Below, one piece after another: positions 13,028 to 26,760 of a stretch of 64,000 nt of DNA. The notes beneath the pieces were generated by a model that searched no databases, was not told where the DNA came from, and was given only the letters and a program-made list of their open reading frames with translations. The DNA is from Utricularia gibba (taxonomy: Eukaryota > Plantae > Magnoliophyta). Made by a program: the position numbers and the translations under genes. How positions within the stretch are numbered: position 1 is the stretch's first letter; each line of letters starts with the position of its first letter. The stretch spans positions 248,001 through 312,000 of the forward strand of contig NEEC01000015.1 of NCBI GenBank assembly GCA_002189035.1, in the 5' to 3' direction.

Positions 13028-16000
13028 GTCTTTGGAGGAGCTCACAGAAACCTCTGAAGAAAAATTTGAAGGCTAAGAAAGTGATTCGAAACCAATCAAG
13101 AGTGAAAGAACTGGAAATAGAAATGTGTCAATGGAAGAAACTAGATATCTGAAGTGATCCTTAAAATATCAACAAGGACAACCAATCAAGCTGGCTTTCT
13201 CAAAACCTGAAAAAGGTCCATGTTTCCCTCTGTGAGTGCGGTGGCCCTGTGGGGCTTCAGCAATTTAATGGCAAGGTTTTAACAGCTCATGACTCACACG
13301 CAAACACAAACAGACCGTACCACGAAGGAAACACGTCAAAGAAGGAGTGAAAAGAAGACAGGCTGGAAAGATAGTGAGTACACAAAAAAAGAACAAATTG
13401 GGATTCACACAGGAACAAAGGGAGACACAACTGCAAAATCACAAGAACTTTAAAAGAAACCCACAAATTGATTGGAAGAAAAGCAGTCCCAGCGAGAAAG
13501 AAGTTGCCAGAAACTTGAAAAAGAACATCTCATCATGACCTAATTAAACAGAAAAAAGAAACCAGAGAGGAATTGGAAATGGGGCAAACAGAGCAGCAAA
13601 ATATGTCGCGTACCCATTAAAACTCAGGGAATGAAATCGACCTGCGGCAACAAGAATTTCTTGATTTCCACAGCTGGGAACGAGTTGCAGAATGGAAAAA
13701 AAACCAAAAAATGGACAACACCCACAAACCAAAAACCAATAAATGTAGTTTCCCAACACAGATTGGATCAAAACACACCCCCATAAAGCATTCTTATTAG
13801 ATTTCGTGAAAGCGTATCACACATTTCCCCCCTTTCCCACGGCGAGATCACAGACAAGTGTGAACCTTTGAGAAGCACCTCATATAAATAGAAGGTTTTT
13901 CCTCGACGGCCTTAATGGGATTTCTATTTCAGCACTTGTTTGAAAAATCCAGCCTTGGGTTTCGTTTCTTTGCCTCCCCACTTTCCAAATTACAAAAGCG
14001 AAAAAACAAATGAGCCCTCAGAAGCTTCAAAGGAGGAATTTCTTTTTTTCTTTCTTCCGTTCCGAACATGCTAGTTAACAGACAGCGTAATTTAGCAGAG
14101 GGTCCCACATTCCGGTACCATACCTAGTGTAGACCCGCTAAAATGCGCCACAACTTGCTCTTTTTTTCATTTTGACATTGGAAATCGCAGAGGGTGGCGA
14201 CTTAGGGCAAAATTTTCATGGGCCCCACATCAACTTGGTAGTTCAGTAATTACTATTACTATTATTATTACTTAAAAACTATTGTGTGTTTTTCTAAAAG
14301 AAGATATTATATGATAACATAAAAGGTACATTTTATTTCACCTTGTTTTTTTTTTGCCTGAGACAGAGTACGGTGGGTTTAATTACCCTCCTAGTCCTAT
14401 CTATCTAACGGTTTTTAGTTCTAACCCCGACCTGCCACGCCGGCACCCGGTGAATAGTAACTGGAATTAACTAACCCCAAGGCCAATAATTTGGTGACAG
14501 CTGTGGCATGACGAAGCATTTTGACCGTGGCACAGTATTTACTGTCCCTGGAATCCAATGTTTTTACCCAATTATAAATACACCCACCCAATTCCACAAT
14601 ATTTTATTTTTACCATTCATTCTTGGGATGCCCTTTTTCCAATTCTTTTAATTCTAGAGTTCTTAGGCTACCTGCACACCTACCCCGTAGACCCGGTCCA
14701 AAATCATATTTTATTTTTTAAAAAAAATCCATAAAATCGTATTTAGATTTTATTTTTAAGGATTCGTCAACCATCTTAGAATACGTACCCATCAATCAGA
14801 GTAGCCAAACACATTATATTATTATTATTATTATTATCTTGTTCAAAAATGTCAACACTACCCGTACTAGGAGAGTTAATGTGGTAGCCGCCCCCGCATG
14901 GGATTATCTTAACAAGTTTTTAAGATTTTTGGGCCTATCCTTCACTCCTATCACTTTAAACCAAAAATCCCGAAAAATAAAAGTCCCTTAAAAAACGGGT
15001 GATTTGGAAAATTACTTTTCTTCAATTTATTTTATTCATTAATAACCACTTTTCTAAATTATCCCTTAAAAACCCGGGATTATGTGGATGCATACAAGGT
15101 TTTAAATTCCAAAAAAATTTGGATTTTGAATTTTGACCAAAATACGGAATTTTAGGAGAATTTCGTATTGAAATACCACTTTGTTTCATAAATTGACTTA
15201 AATCTAAATTTGTATTGAAATAGTATTTTTCATCGGGCTCAATATGGCCAATAATACAGTGAATTCCGATAAAACAATGGATAGAGGTTGCGTAAAATGA
15301 TTGACCAATAAGATAAATTCATTTAGTAGCGATCTTAATGTCACGATCAATTCTTTTTGCTTAGGACATCAAATCTTGATGATTTCACGTTGTTTCCCAT
15401 CTTTAATGCTATATCGCACACATGCTTAATTTTGAAGCTAAAGGAATGGCATGAGGTGTGTATAATACTTGTATTTAATTCTTTTTTTCTTTTCCCCATT
15501 GTCCGTAGTAAATGACATGGAATTCGCATGTGTCAAATTTACAGCATTAATGAGAGGTGTGTGGCGTATTTGAATATTTGATTTAAAATATAATAAGTTT
15601 TTAGATTATGTTAATAGAATAAAATTAAAATTATAATATTTTTTATTGTATAATATAAAATTATATTATAAAATTCAATAAAATAGTTTATAAAATTTAA
15701 TATATTAAATTAAATATTATAATACATTAATACAATATAAAATGTAATAAATTTAATATTTATGAAGTAATTAAAGATTAAATTTCTAAAATTTTAATAA
15801 AATTAATTCAACAACTTATGTTTATCTTATTATTTCCTACCTTTGATAACACGATGTTACCCTCAGGTAAACGCATTTCCTTTAGCTTGTTTAACCCGCG
15901 GGTAATCAATCTGCTATAGACTTTGGGTGACGTGTGCGGTTTTGATTCGATGTGGGAGATTTACTTTAAGTTTTGAATAAAAGAATGGGAGGGTATCCGT

Positions 16001-18837
16001 TTCAACACTGACAGTCAAGATCTCTTGGTGCTTCTTCACGTTGGGGTGTCTCTCTTGCACATGCCCTCTCTGCCGCATACTTTGTCCTGTTGTCCCCCTC
16101 CCCTCACATGGAATGGTTTTCTTTCACACCCTCCTCTCCAAAACTTTCCCTTTTATCATCGTTTTTCTTATGGTTTTAGTGTATGATTAATAAAATGACG
16201 TCATTTTCATAGAAAGTGGATGCCATGGAGGAGCATCGGTCATGCTTCTGAGGGAATGTTGGTTTCGAACCATGGCGGTGGAAACCCTAACCACTGCAGT
16301 TCATTTTTATGCTGGAGGGTATTGATGAGCTCGACGACGTCGCTTTTAGGAGGAGATATGGGCGTCAACAGGCAAATCTGCAAGGCGAAGGGATTGTCAA
16401 TTGTGAGCCGGCAAGATTAGGGTTCGTGAACCGGCGGTGTGTGTTTGTATGCGGAGGGAAAGCGACCAACGACGAAACTCTAAACCGCGCAGACACGGCT
16501 TTGAACCAAACAGTGACGTGATACGAAGAAGGTTTCTGGTGTCTCCACCAGCAAAAAGATGGTCAAGTCAATTCTCGACGATGCGCGAAATCACCTCAGT
16601 CCGCCTGCCCAAAACTATTCGCGTTTCCACACACACCCCAATGCTTCGTGTTCGCATACCAAATCCAATTCACAGTGTCACGAAACCATGTTACACAGAG
16701 CTGGGGATTTCTTTATTACAATACCAAATAGATCCACCCAAGTGGGCAGGCGGGCAGAGCATGCCACAATGAAGTCTCTAACAAAGTATCAAACAAGCTG
16801 CGGCATGAGATCGAGCAGGGAGCTTCGAGAGATTATTTAGTGAAAATGTGTGGTGGTGAGGTGACGGTGGGAGGATCGGGATCTGGTCCATGGCCACGTT
16901 GTGCTTGCAGGGAATCACGAGGTGGCTGCACTGCGCAACCTTTTCCAAAAGGTACACAAACCAGCTGCTACTCCTGCTACCGCTACCGCTTGAGAAGAAA
17001 ATGGTGCAAGTCATTGAACTATACATACTGGTTATTGTTGATTTAACCCTCTGTATACAACTTATTTACCGCCTAAACAAACACCACAAGACTGGAATGA
17101 AACGGGCGCCTAGTTTATTCATTGATATTGGAAAGGTAACTTTTTTACAAAGGGTAAAACAAAAGAATGAATGATGGGGCAGGGTGAATCTTTGAAAGGC
17201 AACTTTTTAACCACTAAAGCGGTGAAAGCGGCCAACAGTCGGTCCAAATACCCATCCCCAGGATACAACCGTAAATAACAAGCAAGAAGGAGGGTAAATG
17301 ATTAAATCAATACAACGCAGACATACGGACAACAAGGGGAGCATAATTTAATTATCGAATGTTTAGAAAAAAAAAAAAAAAAAGAATCGGTTGGCGTTGG
17401 CGTAGGGAGGGGGGTTCAGTAGATCTCTGCAGCAGATTCTGATTCGCATTCTCACGCTTTTAGACCATCGGTCTCTAGCGCGTTTTCTTTTCTTAACTTC
17501 CGACAGAGACCCCAGGCCTTGTCCATCACCCACCCCAACCCTAACTAAAAAGAAGCACAAACGGAGGGGAGGGGAGGGGGTTTATGGACTAAATGATGCT
17601 AATTAATTAACCTCTAATCCATTTTAAGGGTGGACAAAACAAACACGTGGTGCTCACCTTACACGGATTGCTTCAATCCTAAGTCCACCCAATACTTCCC
17701 ACTGGTCAAAAAAGAGGGGAAAACAATTCTGGGTTTGGTGAGATCAATCTTTGTAATCATTAATGTGTTGAAAAGTAGACTGCTCATGTTTTGGAGAAAA
17801 ACAGCAGTATATTTTATTCGTATAATATTATAAATATAAAAACAATTACAATCTGTTATTTAAATCACTTTTTTTAAGTGAATATTTTTATAGATTTCAA
17901 TTCATCGTATTCAAAAATTATGAATTCACATTTTGAATTAATTTTAGATTTTTTTTTAATTTCTATTGTAATTATAAAAAGTACATTATTCATTTTATAC
18001 ATAAATTTAAATTATATTATTAAACTATATCTTAATTTAGTATATAAAATTCTATAATATAATAATAATTTAATAATGACTCACACCAGATGTTATCCAA
18101 CTTTTACGAATATACAATTATAAAATTATTATATTTAAAGATATTTATTTAATCGTTAGTAACTAATGTGGAATATTATTATTAGACAATTGATCTTAAT
18201 TTTAAAAAATAATTTATAATTTAAAAATTTTAATTTATTCATAAACCTAAAAATTTGCAGCACAAATTTAAAAAAACTTATTATTTTCAATAAACTTAGG
18301 AATCAATTCTGGAATCAAATAGAATAAAGTTGTGTTCAACGTAGTTGGACGGGTCAACATGGCCCACTTTTTTATTATTATTTTACTATCAAATGTTCTA
18401 GAGGCCAGCCTCAGACCCAATGACGTGTCGCCGTCGGAAGAAGAAGAGCTGCCGAGTTTTAATGAATAGCCCTGGCCCGAGTCTCCACAAGGGAGGCCCA
18501 ACAAGCAACTTACTGACGGTGCTGGAATTTATTTATTTTTAAATAAATTTGGATATTATATTTATTAATTCTTTTCTGAATTCCCTAAATCTCACCATTC
18601 AAAGCGCAGAATATTGTTTGTTTTGGGATATCATCCATCGTCTTGCTTGGAAGGGGCTTCCGGGAAGACTGAAAATCCTGGAGCAGTCAGACGCCGAGCA
18701 AGTCTAAATGAACAGGTATCAGTTTCCCTCCCAGATGGCGGCACCCGCCACTGGCTTCAACCGCGTCCAGGGCAACAAGTGATCAGTTATACAACATGGC
18801 ATGGCGATCACCATAAACTTGAGAGGCCTACCGATTC

Positions 18838-20987
18838 TCATGTCTTCTGTCTTTTCTGAGCTCGATCCACACCTTCACTGCCACCAGCTTCTTGAAAAGC
18901 CCCAGCGTCCTGGTGAATCACTGGAATGGCATGATCCTGGTAGGTATAGTTTGCGGCGGCAGCAGAGAGACACAGTGGAGTTTCAGTTAAGGACCATCAG
19001 GGTGGCATCCCCCAATTTTCTATTTTAACACTCTACCACGACTTACCTTGGGACTTCTTATCCCGGAGATGGAACTTCCATCCACTTGCCTTCCGAGATT
19101 GATCTGAACTGAGACAGTGGCTTGTGAGAGATCCAGACCTGTGAGCTCGAGAGCTTGAGTCAATGAATTCAACAACCTGACAATGGTTTGGGGAAAAAAG
19201 TGATGAGGTTCAATAAAGTATGATACTCACGACCCTCAAATGGATATAAAAAACTACCTTTGGGAGTAAACGCTCGAGATACTGATGGTTCCCCCTTCGA
19301 CTGTCAGCTCACCTTGATGGTTCAGTGCATCACAAGCGCTGGGACATTCTGTTGGTGGTCCATCCGGAAGAGGACCATGTAACACATGGGAAAAGGCACC
19401 ATCAGTCACACTGGGGTTTGGCAAGTTGGCTTGCAGATGCAATGGGATTCCCATTGCACTGTTGGATAGCTCAGTTTCTTGGTCTATTGATCCACAAGGT
19501 GCTTCCAGTTCCACGGGATTCTGCTGACCCGAATGCCTCAATGCACTATTCTCATCGACTCTTCCGGGAAATGTTGCACAAGGGCCTGACTTTATGGTCT
19601 GTGGCTGGCTAACAAAATTATGGGCAGGCCAATGACTGTTTCTCTTTTCCAGAAAAGAAAACATAAAGTCAGATAGATGACGATAAATTTGAAGGGGAAC
19701 AACACGCATTTCGAGACCTGCAATATTAAGAACATGAAACACATGCTAAAGGTCAATAGTTTACCCATGGCATCAGCTTTGTAGGCTCTGAACTCCATGT
19801 TTGATATGAGCCCTCGTACTTTTGAACCTTCTCTTGTAAAAATTGTACATAATGAATCACCTGCAATGGTTGATCATCGTTCAGGTTACAGAAGCAGCAA
19901 ACTAATAACTTCACAATACATTCAGATCACACGAGTGGGAATGCCAAAAATTCATCTTGTAAATAACAAGCAGCCGCTACAAAAAAAAAAAAATAAAGGC
20001 TTAAAGTAGCATGATACCTCTAACAAAAAAGATGCAGTGTCCCGCTTCTGATCACTGTCAGGTATAAGCCCTCTCAGTATTTGATACCTGAAGCACAGGA
20101 AAAGAAGTTTCCTGATCACACTGTGGTAACAAACTTAAATGGAAAAAATTGCATTCATCCATTTCTACAACGAAGTTGGGGAATGGAAAAGTAGGAATTT
20201 TGCACCAATTTCTACAAGAGAGCTCAACAAAAAACCCACAAAAAGATCGGCAGGCAACTTGGATGCAGATAAATAAAGCATAAGGGATGAAGAAGCCCAT
20301 AAGAAGTAAGGAGTTGCAGGTACAGAAGTACAAATATGCACGCCGAACTCCTTCTTGAACTTTACAGGATATGTCTTTGGGACAATCCAGACATGTCCGA
20401 GTTTTCTCTTGGCGGATTTCTTTAGCAACTACATAGGGGACAACACCAAAATCCTTCATTTTTTTCATTACATAGATAGCAATTGTTACTTCTAGCATAT
20501 GGCGTCCATGTAATTACCAGCTACAAGCATGTCATCAACTAACAACAAAACGAATATGCACGGATACTGTCTCAAAGATAATGTGAAACTGAAACATATA
20601 CTTTCATATAACTCCAACAGTTGTACGAAATTTCACTACCTTTCGTTTATCTTGCTTCTTCGTCTCTGCTCTGTGACGGAGTGTTTAGACCTCGTGACAT
20701 TCGCCTTGTCGCTGCTTTTTCCATCTGACGCAAGTTAACAAGATTTCACTTCATCAAATTACAAAATCCCAACCTCCCCACCCCCAACCCAAAAGGAGAA
20801 AGATTTAAAAAAAAAAAAAAAGAAACGGTGGGTCATCACGGATTCAGATCGTGCAAACGGTTAAGGAAACAAAAAGCCGGTCCACAAAACCTTTGCTGAG
20901 ATTCGTTGATGGCATGGCATCTCTCTTCCCGCAAAATTCTTCATCCTCCTCCTCTTCCTCTTCCTGATGATTCTTCCCAGGTTTCAT
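18838..20987 (-). CDS. BIM2: BES1-interacting Myc-like bHLH transcription factor (BIM2-like), 7 exons
   Basis: [18 protein letters not shown]..., [19 protein letters not shown]|[23 protein letters not shown]|[17 protein letters not shown], the BIM-specific [42 protein letters not shown], and terminal RAQKRQKT*. Confidence 0.9.
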
Positions 20988-21765
20988 TCCTCTTCCAGCT
21001 TTCGTCGCTCTCCCTCAAAATCGAAGCTTTCCACTCCGACACCGCGGAAAAGCAGGTAAGAAACGCACCCACAAAATTTAAATCCAATTTCGCCGTCCGA
21101 TGTAGCAAAAGTACGGCGGAAGAATCACAGAAATCAAAAACAAAATACGACGGTTCTATCAAAATGCTTCAGTTATTGCTGCACTGGCTCCTGACCTTCC
21201 TCTCGGTGTACCGGCAGAGATGAGCTGGTCCTTCCCTAAAAAATGACACCATTCTTTTCGATAGACTAAAAATGTCTTTCTATAAATATTCTCCAGTTGG
21301 GCAACATTTTTCAGGAATAAATTTGCATATTAAATTCAATTTTACATTACTCAAAAATAATCTCAAAATTATTTTTTATTAAATAATTTAATGTTCCTGC
21401 CTTCCTGCCCACCAAACAGAAAATAATCATAAGAATAATAATGCATAGTCTTTGTACATGTCTCGATATATCCACACACACACACACACACTGTGATCTT
21501 CTTTCTTGCCAGCAACTTCTCGTACATGAACCAAACGTCTCATGCTTATCATGAAATGGGCGCCCTCGATCCTGTTCCAAGAAGCAACCGCAGATACTGC
21601 TTGTTCCCTGCTGCTGGCTTCCTTGTTGAGCTTCGGTTGGTTCTATGGTTGATGGGTGAAAGAACGATGGCTTGGCCTGTGCAGAGATGGGATGATGGAA
21701 TCGATCAAGATAAAGCAATTTCTTCGAAGGCGTTGCTGATCTGATCACCTAATTAGGTGTACCTT

Positions 21766-23501
21766 TTACATCTTCCCCATGTGAACCATGTTGTGAAGCT
21801 CACCTTCCCACACATCAGGTACCTGTTTGTGTAAATGGCTCAGAGAATGGGTAATCCAGCACTCCTTTTTTTACATACTGAGGAGGAAGTGTTACTTGAG
21901 GTGCAGGCTCTCCAGGCGGGAGGTTCATCGGCCTTCGGATGATTATAGACGAGCTTCCCATTTGCATGAATCCATGTTGCGGGGGTGAAGTGGAGCAGGA
22001 AAGGGAACTGCCCCCGGTCGGCTTTGAAATCCCTGCAAATACAGGCACACTTCGCACGACTCGAACCAGAACAAAACAGGGGATTTCATGCGTTGGGAGT
22101 GTTTTCTTACATCCGTAGTTGAATATTGTTCAAGGTTAAACTCCAGGTGAGGATACACCGCTGCGAGTTTCAATGACAGTAACTGAAACAGAGCAGAAAG
22201 GATCCAGTGAAGATAGCTATCTTCTTCTCAAGTTCAAGATAAGATAAGATGATGCCTTAGTGATTGGAAGAGTCCAGCACCTCAACCTGCCGCTGCAGGG
22301 ATTGAACATAGTTGATGATTTCATCAAGCATCACGGCTTTACCAGTGACCTGAAAACTTGTATACCAGTTAGTTAATATTGTATGGAAAAAGGAGTTAGC
22401 ATAGAAGATCTTCATACCTTATTACATCCAGGCACAAGATCCTGAAGAAACTTCATCCTTTCACTGATCTTCTCCCTTCTTACCTGAATTGCAATGGAAG
22501 TTTGAATGAACTCAGCCTTTTTAAAGTTCAAATGGAATGATCGAGTTTTCCTCACTCGTTCAGCAAGACTATGGCTGTTCGTTGCCTGGCCTCGTCTTGC
22601 TCTAACATGAACGTAGCCTTCTTTTGGAAGATCCGAACCATGAGCTTTGGCATGGTTGCCCCCAGAGGCATTTGCTGTAGTTAGATTGGAATCACCTTTT
22701 GGTTTTGTGTCCTCATTTTCCTTGCCTCCTTCGCTTTCTTCATCCTGGCAAAGAAGACAGTAAGCTCATTGAGTGATTCAAATCTGATGAATGTGAACCA
22801 TGCAAGACCTGTTGTTCAGAAGGCTTCTTTCTCTTCTTAGAGTGAAGTCCTTTAGGAGTCAAATCCTCCGGCTTCCCCTCCTGGCTGTATTCAGTATCAC
22901 CAGACTCATTTCCAGATACACGACTTCTTGCCTCACGAAAAGGGTTCATAAAACTCCTGCATTCTCTAGTGTTCTTGAGCAGCCTTCCATCTTCAGCTAC
23001 GTTGTGTTCATCCCGTTGGGACTGCATCCCAGTTTCTGCTTTCAGAGCAAAGGGATTCATGGAATGGGCAAGAGGAAGAGGACTCAACCATTGAGCACAA
23101 CTCCCACGGAATGATGATAACCTTGCGGCTCTTTCAATAAAATCTGAATCAGTTGGAAGATGAGGTACAGTCTGAGATACAAGAGAGGGAAAACTCAGCT
23201 GAGAAATGTTCTTCCCCAAAACCAGATCTTGGTGCAATCCCAGATCAGCTCTTATGGAAGGAGAGCCAGGAGAAGTGCCAGCATTATGAAAGTTCATATC
23301 GGAGTAGCCGAAATTAGAAGCATCTAAACGGTGCTGCCATACAAAAGACTCAACTCCAAATGAATCAATCATTGGCGCAGATAAATCCATCACCATGTTT
23401 TCCATTGAAGCCATGGACGGAGTTGGGAGATTCTGATAGTTCATTGGTTTGCAGCTGCCCTCTTGCTGGAGCTCGGCATCTTTTCCGGCCATCAAATCCA
23501 T
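21766..23501 (-). CDS. bHLH49: bHLH subfamily XII factor (bHLH49/CIL1-CIB5-like); one -1 frameshift in the G5 run at 21981-21985 as assembled
   Basis: [16 protein letters not shown] motif; b[24 protein letters not shown]|[22 protein letters not shown]|[23 protein letters not shown]|LLSLKLA; C-terminal exon [18 protein letters not shown]. Confidence 0.88.
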
Positions 23502-26500
23502 TTTCTCTGCACAAAAAGAACATTAGAATCCATTTCAAATCCTTAAAAACACCCTGAACGCAAGCAAAATGAAGCAACCAACTAACCAAGACGAACACTG
23601 CTTTTTTTTTTTTCAAATGTAAACTCAAAGCAGCATAAGCTGAGAGAAGTAGTCTGTTTTAAACGTCTAGAGCTAAGGAGAAGGTGTGGCTTTTCACAAT
23701 GAAAACAACGAAAAGCAGACTCTAACAATATGCAATGTGCTCCTATTGATAAAGCCGAGCAAATTGCAAATCATAACTCATATCCAGATTCATGATGCAT
23801 AAATTCAAAGAAACCGCGAAAAGAACCAGAAATGTGCAACGAGAACACCAACACTCTGCACTACTTCCAGCACCATTCCCAAAGTAGTTCACTGAAATTA
23901 AAGCACCACAACCCATTAATGCCCAGAAGAAAAAAAAACGCGGGCGATGGACCCAGCATATGGGTGGAGTGTTCAGAAGCCAAACCAGTCAACAAAAACA
24001 AGAACATTAATTCATCGCCATAAATACCATCAACGCACGCATTTACCCATATATAAATAAAAACCTTTGGTCTGAGAGAGGATAAAGTGTCCCGCTGCGC
24101 CGTGGAAACAGACGTAAAAGTGGGGAAACGAAAGAACAGGTACCTATTTCAGATTGCAGACTACTTTTAAAAGTCCATGTTATTGAAACTCCTAACCAAT
24201 GGATGGCTGCTACTTAAAAAAAAAATTGAACTTCTGGCCACAAGGTTACTGTCCGTAGTCCGTCGAGACGAGGCTGCTACCTGTACTACGTACTGCGCAG
24301 TGAATTTAAGACAGCAATAAAGTTGGGCAGAAAGAGCAATGGAGGGGAAGATCAAGGAAAGGTAGACGGAGGGGAATGGAGAAACGAAAACCTCAAAAAA
24401 TGGGAGTTACTGACTCGCAAGACCCCCATTTTTGCCGCGACGCTTTGCCTAAAAAACGAGACAGCGCTTCATTATTGACCTCGAGACGCCCCCATCCTAT
24501 GCCGGACGGAATTCATTCCTTCAGAAGGTAGATGATGATACGGGTGCCGCCACCCCGGTGGCAAGTTCATGACTTTATTCCGTGTTTTTCTTAAACCACA
24601 ACACGTACACACCATCTCGATAAATCCTTAGCTACCACGTTTACCGATGAATCCACCCTAGATCATTTGTTCCGTTTTGGTTTGGCAGGAGGGCGGGTAG
24701 CTTTTAAAGTCATGGCTCTGGTTATACCGATTTTGATCCGACCAAAACCCGATTGTCGGGTCCATCCATTGGTCAATTTGAGCCCTTGTGGAGGAGGGAA
24801 TTTTGTCTGTGACTGTGCAACTTGTTGAAATTATTAGCGTGACTTCATGAAATGCTATCGGTTTCCGCCATTGATCGGCAACTGGGGCGGCCGAGATGTT
24901 CATCTTCTTTTCCACCACACAAAATGCTCATTGTCGAACCATTCCGATCAGTGTTGAGCATGCTCCTATGTTCCTTCGAATGGCAATGCCAAGAAATTGC
25001 TTGAAAAATATTATTATGTATTAAATAAATAATGAATAAGATATTTATCATTGTTATGATAATTTTGTGATGGATCAACATGAGATTTGAGAGTGATAAC
25101 CAACTATTATATAATCAATGTTATTAAAAATTAAAATTATTATCAAATAATCTCTATTATTTTGAGTTATTTGAAATCCAAAAAATGATAAATATTTTTT
25201 AAAATTAAATAAACGTGAATAAAATTATTATTTTATAAATAATTTAAAAATAATATAATAAGTATTATTTAAATTTTATTAATAAATAAAATAAAATTTA
25301 TTCTATTTTTAAAATAAAAAAATCTTTATAAGTGAAAAAAAAAGAGGGGGTGAAAACCTGACAGGCGGCAGGGTAGGGGTGTGGGGCCGGGGATTAATGG
25401 CTGCCCGTTGTCGTTATTTCGTAGCCCTTGTCCTAATCATTTGGTCCGTAAACGTTCCACGGATGAGGTCACGTTGTACGGATTACGAGAAATGAGGTTT
25501 CTATGAAGTGAATAGATTATGGGCCGGGCTCACCTAATGAGTAAGAAGATGGGCCCGATTATTTGGCCACGGGCCCATCCCACACAGTCGTCGTTACTCT
25601 CGAGAAGGGGTTTTTCCATTTCAGAAGACGTGGCGAAGTTTTGTGTGAATTCGAAACCGCCTATTGGGGAGACGGATGGCGATGCTGATAATGGGCATTT
25701 TGGGTTTCGTTGATGTTTGGATTGGTGGTTTTTGCTTCCGTTGCTTCGATTCTCTGCTCAATGGCTTTCTGGATTGATGTTCACGAGCGATGTGGGTTTG
25801 TAGGGGAAGGCCAAATATCTGATATGTTGGAGAGTCTTGAATGTTCTGGGGGTTCGTAAGCTTGTTTATGAATTGATGTTTTTTACAATTGATCATGCTA
25901 TTTCGATCCTTGCGTAGCCGGAGGGTGTAGGTTTCTTGTGGCATATGTGGTTGGCTGGATCCTTGCTGCTATAAATCTCAGAATGCCAACGACATTTGTG
26001 AAATCCGTAGAAACCATGGGGCATATTGCTCCTTTAAGTCAGTCGAATGCACTGTTTGGTTGCGTGAAAAAATTAGGTATGCTGCAAAGATGGTTTCACA
26101 CGGAAGTTTTTTCCAGGGAAACAGACGAGAACAGCATGACCATGTGGTGATAATTTTACGAAGTTTCTGTACATTTGACACGAAATGCAGTTATACCAAG
26201 TTGAGTGCGAAAGTGGGGCACACACAGTGATAAAAGTAGGACTGAGACCACTCAGCACAACTAAAGATGTTCGAGGAACATGATCATTGCCACCTGTATC
26301 GTTACTAGTGGAAGTTTGGAAGGCGATGAACTTAAAGAGGACAAGAAAGAAAAGGGCCTTCCACACATGATGTGCAGCAAAATCTTTTGAGCAAAGTTCA
26401 CAACTTTACTTGGCTGTGAGTATTTCCTTTGGGTTTTCAATCACTTCAATTTTTGCATGCTTATCTATCTACCCCACAGGAGGAGCACCAGAGTAGTGGA

Positions 26501-26760
26501 TTTTTTGTGTATTAGCAAGAGGAGAAACGTGAAACTCACGCTAATCTTATCCTGCAAAGAAAGTGTAAACCCTGCGTGTTGTTCCATCTTTCGTAGTCGG
26601 TAAAATCCTTTCACAATCAAAACCATGTGATTCTTGGATCCATCTCCCTGTGCTTTTTCTCTCACGTCATGGTGCCTTTTTCCCGTTTTAACTTCTCATT
26701 TCCCTGAATTCTGAATATTTTTTGCCCTCTTCTCATCAGTCGGAAGAACCAGGGGCAGCC

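Noticed and set aside
25534-25545. CTAATGAGTAAG resembling the U12 snRNA 5' region
   Set aside because: Only 12 nt match; flanks do not match U12 and there is no USE/TATA at the correct spacing.
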